A stretch of 56,876 bases of DNA, taken from positions 1 to 56,876 of the forward strand of contig NW_005434466.1 of NCBI RefSeq assembly GCF_000315625.1. Reading direction: 5' to 3'. Source of the stretch: Guillardia theta CCMP2712 (Eukaryota > Protista > Cryptophyta). The notes below the pieces were generated by a model. It was not told the DNA's origin, searched no databases, and worked only from the letters and a program-made list of their open reading frames with translations. Shown here in pieces: positions 38,966-52,436 of the stretch; position 1 is the stretch's first letter; every line of letters starts with the position of its first letter. The position numbers and the translations under genes were made by a program.

Positions 38966-41900
38966 CTATACCCGACTAGAGGCTATTTGACAATTCTTTC
39001 CCCGCCGTCCGTTGAAAATTTCCAGCTGCGCCTTCGCCATGATCGCCGCCAAGCTGCCCGAGCCGAAGACTTCCCAGGTGGCCAGCAGGACGGGGTAGGC
39101 GAGGATGAAGATGTTGGCGAAGACCAGGAAGCCTTGCGCGATGTCCAGCTCGTACGAGGTCGAGTCGACCCGCAGCTCGTCCACCATCATCAGCTTGAGG
39201 CTGACGCCATCTGCACCTTCTGTCAGAGCACTCGCAAGCCGACCTCTCCCCTCCCTCACATAGCAGAGTGCCAAAGTTGGCGATGAGAGAGAAGAACATC
39301 ATGCTGTCTTGAGTCGGGTCTTGGAAGGGCTTCAGGTAGCTGTGAGCGGCGAGGGACATGAAGAGGAACGACAGGCCGACGACGATCTGGAAGATGGTGC
39401 CGGTGAAGAAGAAGCTGATGAGGATGCAGGTGGTCAACCTCCGGATCAGCTCCAACACCTCGAACCACCAGTACTTCACTTCGTACATGGAGAAGAGAAA
39501 CCCCGCCACGTTCATCGCGTACGTCTCCTGCTCCTCCAGCCAGCTTCCTGCTCCTTCTCCGTCCGAGCGTCTGGACCAGCAGATCTTGGGCTGCTGTATG
39601 ATCTCTCGCTTGATCGCTTGGCTGTAGAGCCCCTGCAGTCTCAAGCGCGTGCTGCTCTCGTCCTCGCCGTCGCTCGCCATCATCGCCTTCACCATGTCCG
39701 TGACCAGCGCAGCTCTGCCCCCTCTCTTTGCCTGCGGAGCCTCTGCCGGGCTGCCGTTGTCGCGTCTCGTGCCGTTGTTGGCGTACGCAAGCGAGACATT
39801 GATGGAGACGTTTTGCTTGCCCTGTTGTGCTCCTCCGACTCCCTTGCCCTCATCCTCCTCCTCCTCCTCCTCCTCCAACACCTTCTCCACTGTGTCCTCT
39901 ACATTCTTTGTAACTTTTCTCTGCACCTCATTCATGTTACCTTCGCAAACATCCTGCGGACTCAGCATCGCATCCTCCTCTGCTGTCTCCTCTAGCAGCC
40001 TTGTCAGCACCCTGATCAGTCGCCGCACCTCTGACATCTCCAGCTGCAGGAACAGCGGCGTCTCCCATCGCTCCTCCCATCGCTGCTTCACAGCCTTCAT
40101 GTCCTCCCACCCGAGCCCCTGCCCCTTGAGGTACCCGAGCTTGTGCAGGCTCTCATAGAAGGCATGCTCTTGCTTCGCCCGCGCCAGCTCGGGGACCCGC
40201 AGGAGGTAGAGCAGGACGAGGATGGCAAGAGGGAAGCCGACGGGGTACACTATGGTGGTGAAGATGGCCCACCCGTAGGAGAAGCTGCCTGACGTTCGCG
40301 GGCACGGCACTCGGAAGTCTCTCACCAGCCAGCTGCCGTCGTCCCCGAGGTCTTGACATAGGAAGGTGCTGAGGACCATGGAGGAGACGGGGATGTAGAT
40401 GAGGTAGATCATGAAGCTGAGCAGGCCTGTCAGGATAAAGCAAGAGCAAGCGCACGAGCACGAGCAACAGCAGACAAAGGAGGAGTCTTGTGGGAGCTTT
40501 CGCGAGCTGAGGGGAGGAGAGGACATAACAGCGAGGTCGTCTTACATGCTCCAGAACATGAACTTGTGGTACAGCCCCTCTGACTCCTCGCCCCGCCCCA
40601 GCTGCTTCCCTACCAGTGTGATGGCATGGGGGACCTTGATGAGCAGGAGGGGCCCCAGCGGGGCGAGGGTGTAGACGAGGAGCTTGTCGGAGAAGGAGAG
40701 GTCAGAGGCCGAGCAGGAGATCTGCGGGAGAGCGAGGAAGTCAAGGTTGAAGAAGGCGATGCTTGAGAGGAGGCGCGAGATCAGGCTGGGCCACTCGATG
40801 TTGTAGACTGTGATGATGCTGGAGGAGATCTGAACGAAGCCTGAGGCCCCGTCAGCAGGGAGTCGGAGGCTGCGGCCTCTCTCTCGTACCGATGAGCACC
40901 TTGATGTACCCGATCTTGGATCGATGCTTCATCAGCCCCTCATGCAGCTTCTTCCACACTCCTTCCTTCTTCGCCTCCAGTCCGTGCAGACCTTGATCGA
41001 CCATGCTCGTGATCGAGCTGCACATGCTGTAATGGCGCAGCAGCGGCAGCAGGAAGAACCAGCACCTGCATCCTCCTCGTCATCTCCTCCCACAAGCAAC
41101 AGCGTCACCGCACCAGAACAAGATGAAGCAGACCATGCCGGCGACAAGGATGAAGATCCTTGCTCCTGCCGCCTTCTTGTCGCACCTCGTGCACTCGCGG
41201 TTGCTCAGCGCCCAGAAGAAGTCTTCCTTGCTCGTTGTCTGCACACACAACGCGCAGAGCTGAGGAGAGAGGAGCCAGTCAGACGAGAGCTCGCGAGGCT
41301 GATGCGCTTACCCGACCCTCGTGCCCCTCCCTGCACTCGAAGTCGTACAAGCATGCTCCGTCCGCACACCGATACGCTCGCAGCTCCGTCGCTCGCGGGG
41401 GCACGGCAGGAGATAGGATGCTCTTGTTGAACCAAAACCCGTTCTTGTTTCTGATCAGCTCTCCTCCTCCGCACTCCACCCCGTGAGGGCAGCGCAAGCA
41501 CGCGGGGTTGCTCGCGTTGCTCCCGGCGAAGGGCATCAGCGCGTAGGAGTCGGGGGAGCATCGGTCGCAGACGGCGAAGGAAGGGAAGCTGGAGGCGTCG
41601 GTCTTGATGACGTGGCCTACCGGACACACTGACGGCCGAGGCTGAGCCTCTAGGACGTTGGACTTGATCTCCTTGCCCGACGAGACATCCACCCCGTACG
41701 CCTCCAGCCCCACCAGCCCCTCCACCTTAGCTGGGAACGCCTCCTCCTTCCCGGCCTTGGTAAACAACATCTTCACTGTAGCGCTGGTGCTCGCAGCTCC
41801 CTCCTTGAGGCTCAGCACTGCTGACTCCATGAGCACGGCGGTCCCGCTCTTGGCCGAGGGCTTGACCGTGCGGATCTGGAGGGAGGAAGAGGAGTCAGTG

Positions 41901-44900
41901 GTGATCGTCTGCCGGTAGAAGTCGAGCTTGGTGACGCGGACGGTGAAGGGGATGCCGGAAGCGATCTCCTTGCCCTCCATCACCAGCAGCAGCTCATGGA
42001 AGGTCGAGGCCACGCAGGGCCCGTACGAGGCCGTGTGGCCCTTCCCCGTCGGAGAGCACAGGATGACAGCGTCCTCCTCCTCGGAGTCAGACACCAGCAC
42101 AGGTTGCACTCCATCCCACAAGACTCCTCCTCCTCCTCCTCCCGCCGCGTTCCCCACCAACGAGTTGCCGTCCAGTCGAGCCGTGGTCTTGTCCAGGTAT
42201 AGCGCTCCTCCGTCCTGACTGGCGCGGTTCTCCTGGAGCAAGCAGCCCTTCATCAAGAGGGAGGAGGAGGCCTCGGCCGACAGAGCTCCTCCTTGACTCG
42301 CTGAGTTGGACAGGAACTGCGACGACTGGATGAAGGCGACGGGCTTGGACAGGACGGTAGGGAAGTACTCGAGCGCCTGACTACGGAGGTGGATTGCTCC
42401 TCCTCCCTGACTTGCCTTGCAGCCTTCAAAGCTCGACTCGTACACGCTCATGCTCGACCCCTGCAGCACCATCCCTCCTCCGCTCCCGCTGCTCGTCGAC
42501 CCCACGATCCTGACTCGTAGCAGGTAAGCGCTCGAGCCCCCGTACACCTGGATGCTTCCTCCGTCGTCGCTCGTGTCGCAGGCGCTCACGCTCGCGTCGA
42601 CGAGGTTGAGGTGAGCTCCGAGCCCGAGCACGCGCAGAGGAGCCTCAGGAGCGTCGCGCAGGCCCTTGCAGACTAGGTCGACGCCCTCCAGCTCGATCCC
42701 ACTGCATCCTCGACTCGCGTCGCACTCGATGCGCGCGTTGCCCAGCATCTCGATGGACCTCATCGGGGTTTGACCCGCAGCCGCGCGGCGGAGGGAGGCG
42801 GGAGGGGCAGCAGCAGCAGAGCCCTTGATGGAGAGGTAGCAGGGCATCCAAGGCTGCGAGCACAGGGAGACGGAGGTGCGGATGCTGCGACAGGTGCTGA
42901 CGTCCTGGCAGGAGCTGATGCTCAAGGTATCCCAGTCGGTAGACAGAGCCAGGTCGAGGACGAGAGATCTCGAGGGCTGTCGCTCCTTGGGGAGGTCGCG
43001 GGCAGAGATCGAGTACGAGCTGGACAGGGTGAAGACTCTGCCTAGAGCGGAGGAGATGCCGAGAGCGATGAGGGAGGAGCCGGTGACGCTGTCGTCTCTT
43101 GCGAACCACCTGGTCCATACCAGCTTGTCGAGGTCGAACGAGTAGAGGTCCGCAAAGGTCTTGAAGACCATCCCGCTCGCTAACCCCCCATACACGAACA
43201 GCCTCGACCCCTCCACCATCATCACCGCATTCAGCCGGGAGGGAGGCGAGTACGCCTGCGTCTTGGACAGAACCGTCCACTCGTCGCTCTCCAGGTCGAA
43301 GCGGTACAGCCAGTCGTTGGTTTCATGCGTCGACGCTGATGACGTGTCACGAGCAAGCAGCAGCAGGAGAAGAAGAATCTCACATATGTAGGTGCTGGAC
43401 ATGTCTTGAAGGTCGATCTTGTAGCCTCCGAAATGATACACATAGCGATCTGTTGCCGCTATCGAGTGCACGTACTTGTTGGGAGCAGACTCGTTGCTGT
43501 AAACATGCTTCCTCCACAGCTTGTCGGTGACGTTGAAGGTGAAAACACCTCTGCCAGATCCTGACCAAACTCGTTAGAGCCCATGGAGCTGACAAGAACA
43601 ACACAAGACAAGCTCTGAGTGAGTCAACGAGCAAGCATGCGCCAGAGAACAACGGATGCGACCATGTAAGCTCTATCACCTCTGGCGAACTCATCGAACT
43701 GAACCACAAACAACGACTTGGAGCTCGCTGTCGCGTAATCGTTCTCAACTAGGGAATACAAAGCGACCAAAGGAAGCGCCTGCAGCTCCGAGATGATCTC
43801 ATCCGTTACCACGGTCTCGATCTCACTCCAAGCTCCATCGCCTCCCAGCTTGAAGATAGTCGAGACGTTGCTCATCGACAGCGCGTACAGCTCATCGTTC
43901 CACACCGACAGATGCGAGAACGAGGTCTGGCTGCTCGCTTCCCGCAGAGTCGTCCATGACAAGGAGTTGACATCGAACCTCGTGACCCGCTGATCCTGAG
44001 GGTCACAACCGTAACCGTAACCGCAGACGCCTGACAAGAGCAAGTCAAGCGCTAGACCCGCAAACTCCCGTCAGCCCCCGCACCTTCCAGCACGACCAGC
44101 GAGTCTCGCCATCTCGTCAGCGGGTTCAACGTCCCTCCGAAGATGCTGTTGTCGATGCTGTAGATGTGGAGTGAGCCGGCGGGGTGAAGCGCCTCCCCAG
44201 AGTTGAGCAGAGACTGAGAGGCTCCAGCAAACACGTCGAAGATGATCATCCCTGTTGACCCGCGTGAGCACATGCCATGTCAGAGGCTCCGCACCTGCGC
44301 TCGTTGTGCTGTAGGCGAAGATCTTGCCGTCCTCGCAGGAGCTGAAGCGATAAGTCTCCGTCTCGTTGGTCAGGAAGGCTTCTTGCGCCATGCCTGCCAC
44401 CTCCGCGTACGACAACCCGAACTTGATCATTGCTGGCGCACGGTCAGCATGACTCAACTTACGACCAACACGACGAGATACCGTGAAAGGCGAGGTTGTT
44501 GACCGCAGCTCTGTATTCCGTCGCTCGATTCAGCAAAGCGTTGAAGGTGTCCGCGTCGTCAGATCCTTTGAACAAAACGTTCCATGCCGTCGTGTTGCGG
44601 TTGCTGCGGTAAAGAAAGTAAACGTCATCGGCGGTTGTCACCATACAATATAGCTTGTCTTGGAATGACATGAAGTCGGTGTAATCGAACGTGCCACCAG
44701 TGATAGATTGAAACTTGTAATCATCTAGAAACGTCTCTTTTGCCCATGCCATGGTGTTGAGGTCCAGTCGGTACATGCCTAGATCCGAGTACAACCCGAT
44801 CAGGAACAAGTCTGATCCACAAGCTGCTATCTTCTCAGAGCCATCGAACTTTATAGGCGGCTTGGTGCCGGTCATGAGAGATGTGTAGTTAGTCCATGTC

Positions 44901-47198
44901 ATGCTCGACAAGTTGAGACCGAAGAGCTCCTTGTTGAGCACCTGAGATACCGACAGATCTGAGAGGACACGCACCTGTCACAGCCCCACCTCCTCCCTCC
45001 TCCCTTACCGTAGTACCCCAGGGCCAACACCGAGTCGCCTGCTCCCGCTATGGCATACCGGAACCCGCTCTTTGGGTTGACCCCGCCGAACTTGTTGGTG
45101 AAATCGCTCCAGCTCTTGGATGCTGGGTCGAACACTTGATAGGCCGCGTCCGAGTTGAGAGCTGCCGCTGACCTCAGCCCATACAAGAAGCAGCAGCAGC
45201 AGAAGCAGGTCAAGACAAGCAAGACGAAGAGAGTAGGGGAAGGGAGTGGAGGAAGAGCTGGAGGGAGGGCAAGAAAGAAAAGGGGAAGAGGAAAGGGGAG
45301 GAGTAGGAGGAGGTGCATGAGCACGAGCATATCTCACAGTGAAGCCTGCCGTCCACGCACGTCATGCAGAAATTCGTCAGCGTCCTTGAGTTGCGCTTGT
45401 AGGAATTGTCGAGGGTGACCCAGGAGGGAGTCTTGCCGCCCGAGCTCGGCACATACGACTGATACCCCGACGACTGGAAGACATTCGCCATGGATGATGA
45501 AGCAGTATCAGTTTGAGTAGTGCCAGATGAGGTTGTATCCGTGACATCTGTAGTAGGAGGGTTCGTAGCAGTACTGTCGGTAGTAGAAGGGTTCGTAGCA
45601 GTACTGTCGGTAGTAGAAGGGTTCGTAGCAGTACTGTCGGTAGTAGAAGGGTTCGTAGCAGTACTGTCTGTAGTAGAAGTGTCGGTTGCCGCAACGTCAA
45701 ACGATCGATTCGCAACGGCGCTAGTGACAGTGGCAAGACCCTTGACAGCAAGCTCCTGATTCAGACGCTCTACTGTGAACGTCTTGGCACTGTAGGAGCT
45801 GTCAAAGATGATGTCCGTTGAAACATTGACACCCCCCGCCAGCAGGCGTCGACCTGACGATGGCCCCGTCACTTGCAAGATTCTGACACTCGACCTGGCA
45901 ACCATAGCCACGAATGCAACGCTCTCAACGAAAGCTTCTTTCATAGCCTCGAACTGCTCTAGAGTTGTCTCAAGGCCAAACACGTACGACACTGCTTGCA
46001 CTTGGCATAGCTCTACAGCACTGGAATATCGAGTCTGGGCAGGCCACGCCTGGTGGTAGCATGTGATGTCATTGTACATCAAGTCGATCTTGACGGTTTG
46101 TGTCTGGTTCATGAAGGCGATGGCCGGCAGGTACGTGAGTCGATTGAAAGAGAGATCCAGATCTTCTAGATTCGACAGCTTGTCAAAGATTCCCATCGGC
46201 AGACTTGTCAGACCATTGCCATCCAGCGATAGCGTCGTCAGTTTGGTCAGCTTGTCAAAGATTCCAGCTGGAAGGCTCTGCAACTTATCATTCATACGTA
46301 TAGAAAGATACGTCAACTCTGTCAGCTTGTCAAACGTGCTCGCTGGCAGTCGTTCTACTTGACAGTCACGAAGAAACAAACGTGTTAACCTCACGAAGCT
46401 GTCAAAAAGTCCTTCTTGGATGCTTGAAAGCGCTACATCATACAGATATAGTGAGTCCAGCGTATCAGAGAGATTCTTCAGGTCTGCACGCTGCAAAAAG
46501 CTACCATCGAAGTTGTCTAGAGTCAGGAATTCAAGAATAACTAGTTTGTCGAAGAAATTCTCCTCAACACCGCTCTGACCAGAAAGAGAATTGTTGTTCA
46601 AGGACAAGCTCCTCAATGACATCAAAGTGCTGGAAGGAATGCTGGACAGCATGGCCGTATCAAGACTTAGGTACATCAGTTCAGTCAGCTTCTGAAAGAA
46701 CTGCTGAGGTACGCTTGAGACGATTTCGTTGCTGTCGAGCGTGAGGAAGCTCAATGTAGTGATGTTGAAAATTTCTTCAGGCAGCATGGTCAGCTTGTTG
46801 GAAGCCAGATACAAACTTGAGAGGCTGTGAAGATTCACAAAAGCATCGGATGCGATGCTGGATATTTTGTTGTAACTGAGATCAAGTGTCCACAATGCAG
46901 ATGTTTCTTCAAACAATCCAGAGGGGATGGAAGTCAGATCATTAAAGCTTAAATAAAGAGATCGCAAAGACGTACATCCTTGGAAAGCTGAGACATTCAC
47001 CAAGTTGATTGATTTAGAGAACAAGTTAAGGAATGTGCAATCAGTGCCACAGGCTCCCTGTCGACTGAGAACTCCCGAGTCAGAGACAATGAACGTGGCT
47101 GTAGCTCCGCATTGAACTGATTGTACTGCTCCTGCCCAGTTGACACAGCAGGAGGCCAGGAGCAGCAGCAGCAGCATCATCCTCTTCCTCCCTCCCAT
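38966..47198 (-). CDS. Giant multi-domain LRR surface receptor, copy B (possible extra last exon to 38664)
   Basis: Near-identical inverted paralog of copy A with intact reading frames and splice sites; the visible coding indels are multiples of 3. Confidence 0.88.
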
Positions 47199-47489
47199 TG
47201 GCGGGGATGGCTATGGGCTGACGGTAGTCACAGAATAGGCCCAGCTAAGGCCTAGCCAGACTTCTATGTTAATCCAGCTGCTGTAGTAAACTCAGTACTA
47301 CGTGCTTATCGAAATGGAGTCTGTTGGATGATTAAGTAATGTATTCTCAGTACTACCGATTACAGTAGTACCACACAAGTCGGATCATTGTCATTGGCAC
47401 TATCAGTGGTTCACATGAGCCATTCGGGGACTTCTTTCACTTATCACGAGCTGGGCTGATCAGTTCATCTCAGTGACCGTCACGTAGTA

Positions 47490-47790
47490 GCGCGGCTCAG
47501 CGGCTGGCGGCCCGCCGGGCCGGCCCCGGCCCCGGGAGGTCAGTGGCCGTGACCGGGGGCCGTGACCGGCCGGGGGCCGGCCGGGGGGCAGTGACCGTGT
47601 CACGGTCACGGGTGCCCGGCCGCACCGTGGGAGTGGAACTGAGCCGCCAGAGGAGCCTCACGGCCTTCCCCCCGGGCCCTCACTCGGATGGTCACTCACC
47701 GTGCTGCCTCCTCAGTCACCGGGCGGCGGCCCCCCGGCTGGGCCGCCGCCGGCCCGGCCCGGCCGGGCCCCGGCCGGGCGGCGGCCGTAC
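47490..47790. repeat. GGCC/CCGG-rich low-complexity GC island
   Basis: Dense ggccggcccgggcc palindromic words. Similar islands occur at ~1970-2070, 4320-4660, 7300-7340 and 35160-35210. Confidence 0.75.
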
Positions 47791-49267
47791 TAGAGGCTAT
47801 CCTTCTGTCGGACGTGTAGCGGACCAGTTCACAACCCTAGTTCTCCTCAAATGACCCCCTCTTAGATCATGCCTTCAAAGTTCTGTGGGTGGGTACATAG
47901 GTACCCCCAACCCCCTCGAATCATTCGTCTACGACTGCTCCACTCTAGGGAGTCTTAGGACTTTGTATACCTAGGTCTAGGTGTCTAGGAAATATGCATT
48001 ACTACCCCACATATTTCCTCTTATTCCACCACCCCTTGCCCCAAAATTAGACTAGGGGCCCTACCCGTCATTCCATGACCGTACCCGCTCATCTTGGACA
48101 TTCTGATTGACTACCCCAGTAATAATCGAAGTACCCCTGTGATAGTGGTGGTTATCTCTACCAGACTACGGGTTAATTCCATGCAATTTCCAAGTCACCC
48201 CTTGTTTTCCTTTTTCCATTGCGTCCCACCCCCTTCTTTGACAGATGACCTACCCCTCCGGACAGGTGACCCTCCTGCCATCTTCTCATGCCAGCGCCTC
48301 CTCCTACTTTTTCCGCTGTCGTTATCGCTGCCGCCCTCCCCCTCCCCTTTCCCTCATTCTCTCTCTTCCTCCTCTTCCTCCTCTTCCTCCTCTCGTCCTA
48401 TCTCTATAGGCCACCCTTCTTACTGAACGCTCTTGTCTTGCTCCCACTGTTCAGCTTGCCCACTCGGGCTTGACTATCAATAATTTCACTGTTTTGTTCT
48501 TCTGAACCTTCAGTTGTCTACTTCCTCCATCGTTTCCATCTTCCTTTAATCTGACCGTCAGTCATCCATGACTGGACCTTTCTTTGAGAATGATACTGGT
48601 CCCTTGTACCTTGTGTTGTTGATGTATCTGGTGTTGTCAACTGTACCTTGTGTTGTTATTGGTGAGTAATCTTCAAACGCATTCCGTATTATCTCTCTCG
48701 CCCATTCCTCGAATAGACTGAAGCAGCTTCCCTCCCCGTCGTTAATTCACCAGCACTGATGACACACCAGAATCATGGCTTTTATGTGTAACAACGTGAT
48801 AGGCTCAATGATTTGTTCTTGTTCGACCCGAAAAGCAGCTGAAATGCTACTACACAAAAATCAACATTACTCATTCGATCTTGTAAAGTTACTGACTGAT
48901 TGGATTCTGCGCGCTAGATTTGTGTGGTACTGTTGTTCTGCTCTGTATTTTGCAAAGAATAATCACCGTTGTCAATATTGCTCTGTCTGTACTTTGTATT
49001 TTAATGCTTTCAAGTGTGCTGGCCAAGGATGAACCTTAATAGTTTTCTTGTATCCAAAATTTGCTTTGCTTAGCTCTTGTAGCGATTCTTCGTGTATTAA
49101 TCCAGCGTATTTCGTAGTAGTAAGGAAGAGCGAGTTCCTCACTCGCTTTTCACCAGCAATCAATGTTCTCTGTTTAACTTTCGTCTCTTCTCTTTTCTTC
49201 TGATGCTACACAGTTGCTGATCGTTGAATGCGTGCAGGTTCTTTGTTAGTACGAGCGAGCAGCAAAG

Positions 49268-50298
49268 ATGAGTTCAACAGACTTCTACTCTTACGCGTGT
49301 CCTGCTGGAGCTCCTTTCTTCGGCTACTTCGGCGCGGCCTCGGCCATGGCGCTTGCTAACCTCGGAGCAGCTTACGGCACTGCCAAGGCAGGCGCAGGGA
49401 TTTCAGGGATGGGAGTGACGAGACCGGACCTTGTGATGAAAGCTCTGATCCCTGTGGTCATGGCGGGAGTTGTTGGGATCTACGGACTTATCATTGCCGT
49501 TATCATCAGCACCAAGAGTGAGTCATGCCCCCTGCTCTGCTCCTGCTAGCCTGCCTCGTAGTCCTTGTCCTCTTGCTCCTCTGCTCCGCTCCTCTTCCAT
49601 CTCTCGTCCCCTCATCTTCGCTCCCTTCCTTCCTGTTCGTGCTCGTTTTCCTCGTTCTCACCTGCAGTGTTTACCCTCGTTCTTTCGTTGTAATGCTACT
49701 GCATTTGTTGTGTTTCCTGCTCAGTGATGGATTTTACTCCTCTCTTCGAATCCCCTCTGTAGCAGCTGGTCGCTTTGATATCTCTGTCGGCTCCTTTTCT
49801 TGTGTTCCTTTTGTATTCTATACTTTGACTCGCAAGCTCGATTGTTGTCCATTCTTGTTGCCTCTCTGGGTACTTGCCGTTCCAGTGTACAGTCTACTTT
49901 TCTAGTCTCTATCGCTCTCGCTGCATCGTAACCAAACTCTCTAAGCAGCTCCAACAATTGACCTTACATTTCTTGCCCTCTGACTTCCTTCATTCTGATT
50001 GACTATTTGTTTGCCAGTCCGTGCTCCTGTCCTCGTCAGCGGCTCTTACAAGCCCCAGTACACCATCTTCGGCGGAGCAGCTCACATGGCCTCCGGTCTG
50101 GCCGGGGGATTTAGCGGACTTGCTGCCGGCATAGCGATTGGCATCGTTGGGGATATCGGAACGAGAGCCCTCGGGCAGCAGCCGAAGCTTTTTGTAGGAA
50201 TGATCCTTATCCTCATCTTTGCGGAGGCTCTGGGGCTCTACGGCCTCATCGTGGCGCTGATCTTTTCAGCCTCCCCCATCGGATCTTGTCCGGAGTAG
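49268..50298 (+). CDS. VMA3: V-type H+-ATPase proteolipid subunit c (2 exons)
   Basis: [31 protein letters not shown]...[15 protein letters not shown]|...[41 protein letters not shown], with the conserved Glu. Intron ~49518-50037. Confidence 0.96.
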
Positions 50299-50997
50299 TC
50301 TAGTGTTAAGATGGAACATGCGAATGAACGGTAGCTTGCAAGACTTGAGCGCAGGTGGTTCTAGACGGTGACCTGAAGAGCGACGTAGGAGGCTGACGAA
50401 ACGGGGAAATCCAATATCATGTTAAAAATTTGGACCTCATACCGAAAGTTTTGGGAGGAAATGTGGAGAACTTGTTGTTCTAAACTGCTCAGGTCGACGT
50501 GACAGCAAGATCGCTTTGTTAAGATCGTTCACTTCAACTGTCGTTATTTGAGAGAGTATGCCGATAGCATTGAAACGAGGTCAAACAGGAGGAAAGGACA
50601 AGTAGGAGACACAGGGTGAAGTGTATGCCTAGCAGAGAGGAGAGAGGGGAGAGGAGGAGAAGGGAGAGGAGACCAGAAGACAAGAGAAGCCAAGAAGATA
50701 GAGGAGAACAGAACAGCGAGTAGAGAGGGGAGAGGAGGAGAAGGGAGAGGAGACCCGAGCAGAGCAGAGAAGCGAAGACGATAGAGGAGAATAGAACAGA
50801 TGAGAATAGAGGAGAATACATGAGAGCGATGAGAGGTGGGGACTCCGGGAGGAGAGAGGCATGCAGTACAGTATCTGACACTTTAATATGCCACGAGTTA
50901 AATCTCTATTAATAATGGCTGAGAGGGGATGGGCGGCGACTTGCCGTTGTGAGACTTCAACAGACAGAAGAGCAGGGAGCGAGTCTCAGGCTTCTGT

Positions 50998-52436
50998 TTA
51001 TGCGGAAGGGCAAGATCCTCCTCCTGACGAGGACATGATGAGGGCGACGATCAGCCCGTAGAGACCTGAGCCAACGCATGAGCACAAAGAGGAGGAGGGC
51101 GAGGAGGAGGAAGAGATCAGCGTACCGAGAGCCTCAGCGAAGATAAGAATAAGGATCATGCCAACGAAGAGCTTCGGCTGCTGGGCAGTGGCGCGAACAC
51201 CAGCGTCTCCGACAATGCCGATGGCCATACCAGCAGCAAGACCGCTCAAGCCGCCCGTGAGGCCAGAGCCAAGGTGACCGAAGGCGGAGAAGAGGGTGTA
51301 CTGGGGGGTGACAGCCTGGGAGCCGCCGCCAACAGGCTCCTTGACTGAGGGAGGAAGAGAGTCAGCAGGGGAGGGAGGAACAGCCAGCTCTCACTCTTAG
51401 TTCCGACGACAACGGCAATGATGAACCCGTAGATTCCAATCACACCAGCCATAACCACGGGGATGATGGCTGCACATTGATAAGAAGCTGAAACTACCTC
51501 CTCCTCCACCACGTCCTCATGCACAATCTCCTCCTCTTCACTCACATTTCATGATGAGACCAGGGTGCATGACACCCATGGAGCAGATGCCAACTCCTGA
51601 CTTGGCGGTGCCATAGGCGGCTCCAAGATCTGCAGACACATCACCACATGCAAACCGATGGGCTCCTCAGGATGTCCGCATGCATTACAACAAATGAAAG
51701 GTGGAGGCAAGCAACATTGACAATTCAGTGTATCATTTTGGACAATTCAGTGTATCATTTTCATCATTTTCCAGCCGTTCCACAACTAGGCCACCAGCTC
51801 ACTCTTATTTTTGAAGTTCTAAATACCCTCCAGTCTGAAATACCTTGTAGAGATGTTGTGATTCAGGCCTCAAAGGTAATTGTCTTTCTTCCTCATACTG
51901 CACCTACAGCCTCCACTGCACCACGAGAAAATTGACACTTTGAGATACTATCTTCCATCTTGATCGTCTCATGACTGTAGATGCAGAACCGACTGTCCAA
52001 CCTACTGTTTTCATCTTCTATCTCTCTTTCATACAAAGAAATGAAATCATTGTGTGAACAAACTGACTTGCACTATCCACATCAACCACTGAGCACGAGA
52101 GAATGTGTACTTCATTCCCACCGCCAATCAACATCCATCGTCTTACAACACCACATGTATAGCATGAACCATATCTACATCTCAACGTATTGTAACATTG
52201 GTCTCAAATATTACGCCCTGATCACGTGGAACACCGAAAACTTGACTAGGACAACTCAACACGCACTGCATTTTACACAGTTCAAACATCATCACAGAAC
52301 CTCTCAACATGCCCTCACTCCCAACTGATCACTCACTTGCAAAGATGAGAGCAGCTGCTGCTCCCATGTAGCCGAAGAAAGGCGCCGACGCCGGACATGC
52401 CTCCCCGAAGTTCTCTGCTACCATAGCTGCGTTCAT
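50998..52436 (-). CDS. VMA3: Second V-type H+-ATPase proteolipid subunit c paralog (5 exons)
   Basis: [21 protein letters not shown]|[28 protein letters not shown]|...[19 protein letters not shown]...|...[39 protein letters not shown]|[11 protein letters not shown]. Confidence 0.95.

Larger units (their letters stand above)
26217..47198. repeat. ~8.2-kb inverted duplication: arms 26217-34400 and 39012-47198 around a ~4.6-kb unique spacer
   Basis: The ORF track shows mirror-image near-identical translations, and the introns are also conserved. Identity stops after ...CTGGAAATTTTCAA at the 3' ends and at the ATG at the 5' ends. Confidence 0.97.

Noticed and set aside
26217-47198. Transposon or giant-virus element with long terminal inverted repeats
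   Set aside because: The arms are an intron-containing receptor gene and the spacer holds PEX7. No transposase, integrase, polymerase, capsid or target-site duplication was seen.
51713-51762. 23-bp direct duplication in a V-ATPase intron (and similar ones at ~50637-50750)
   Set aside because: Ordinary local slippage with no further structure.
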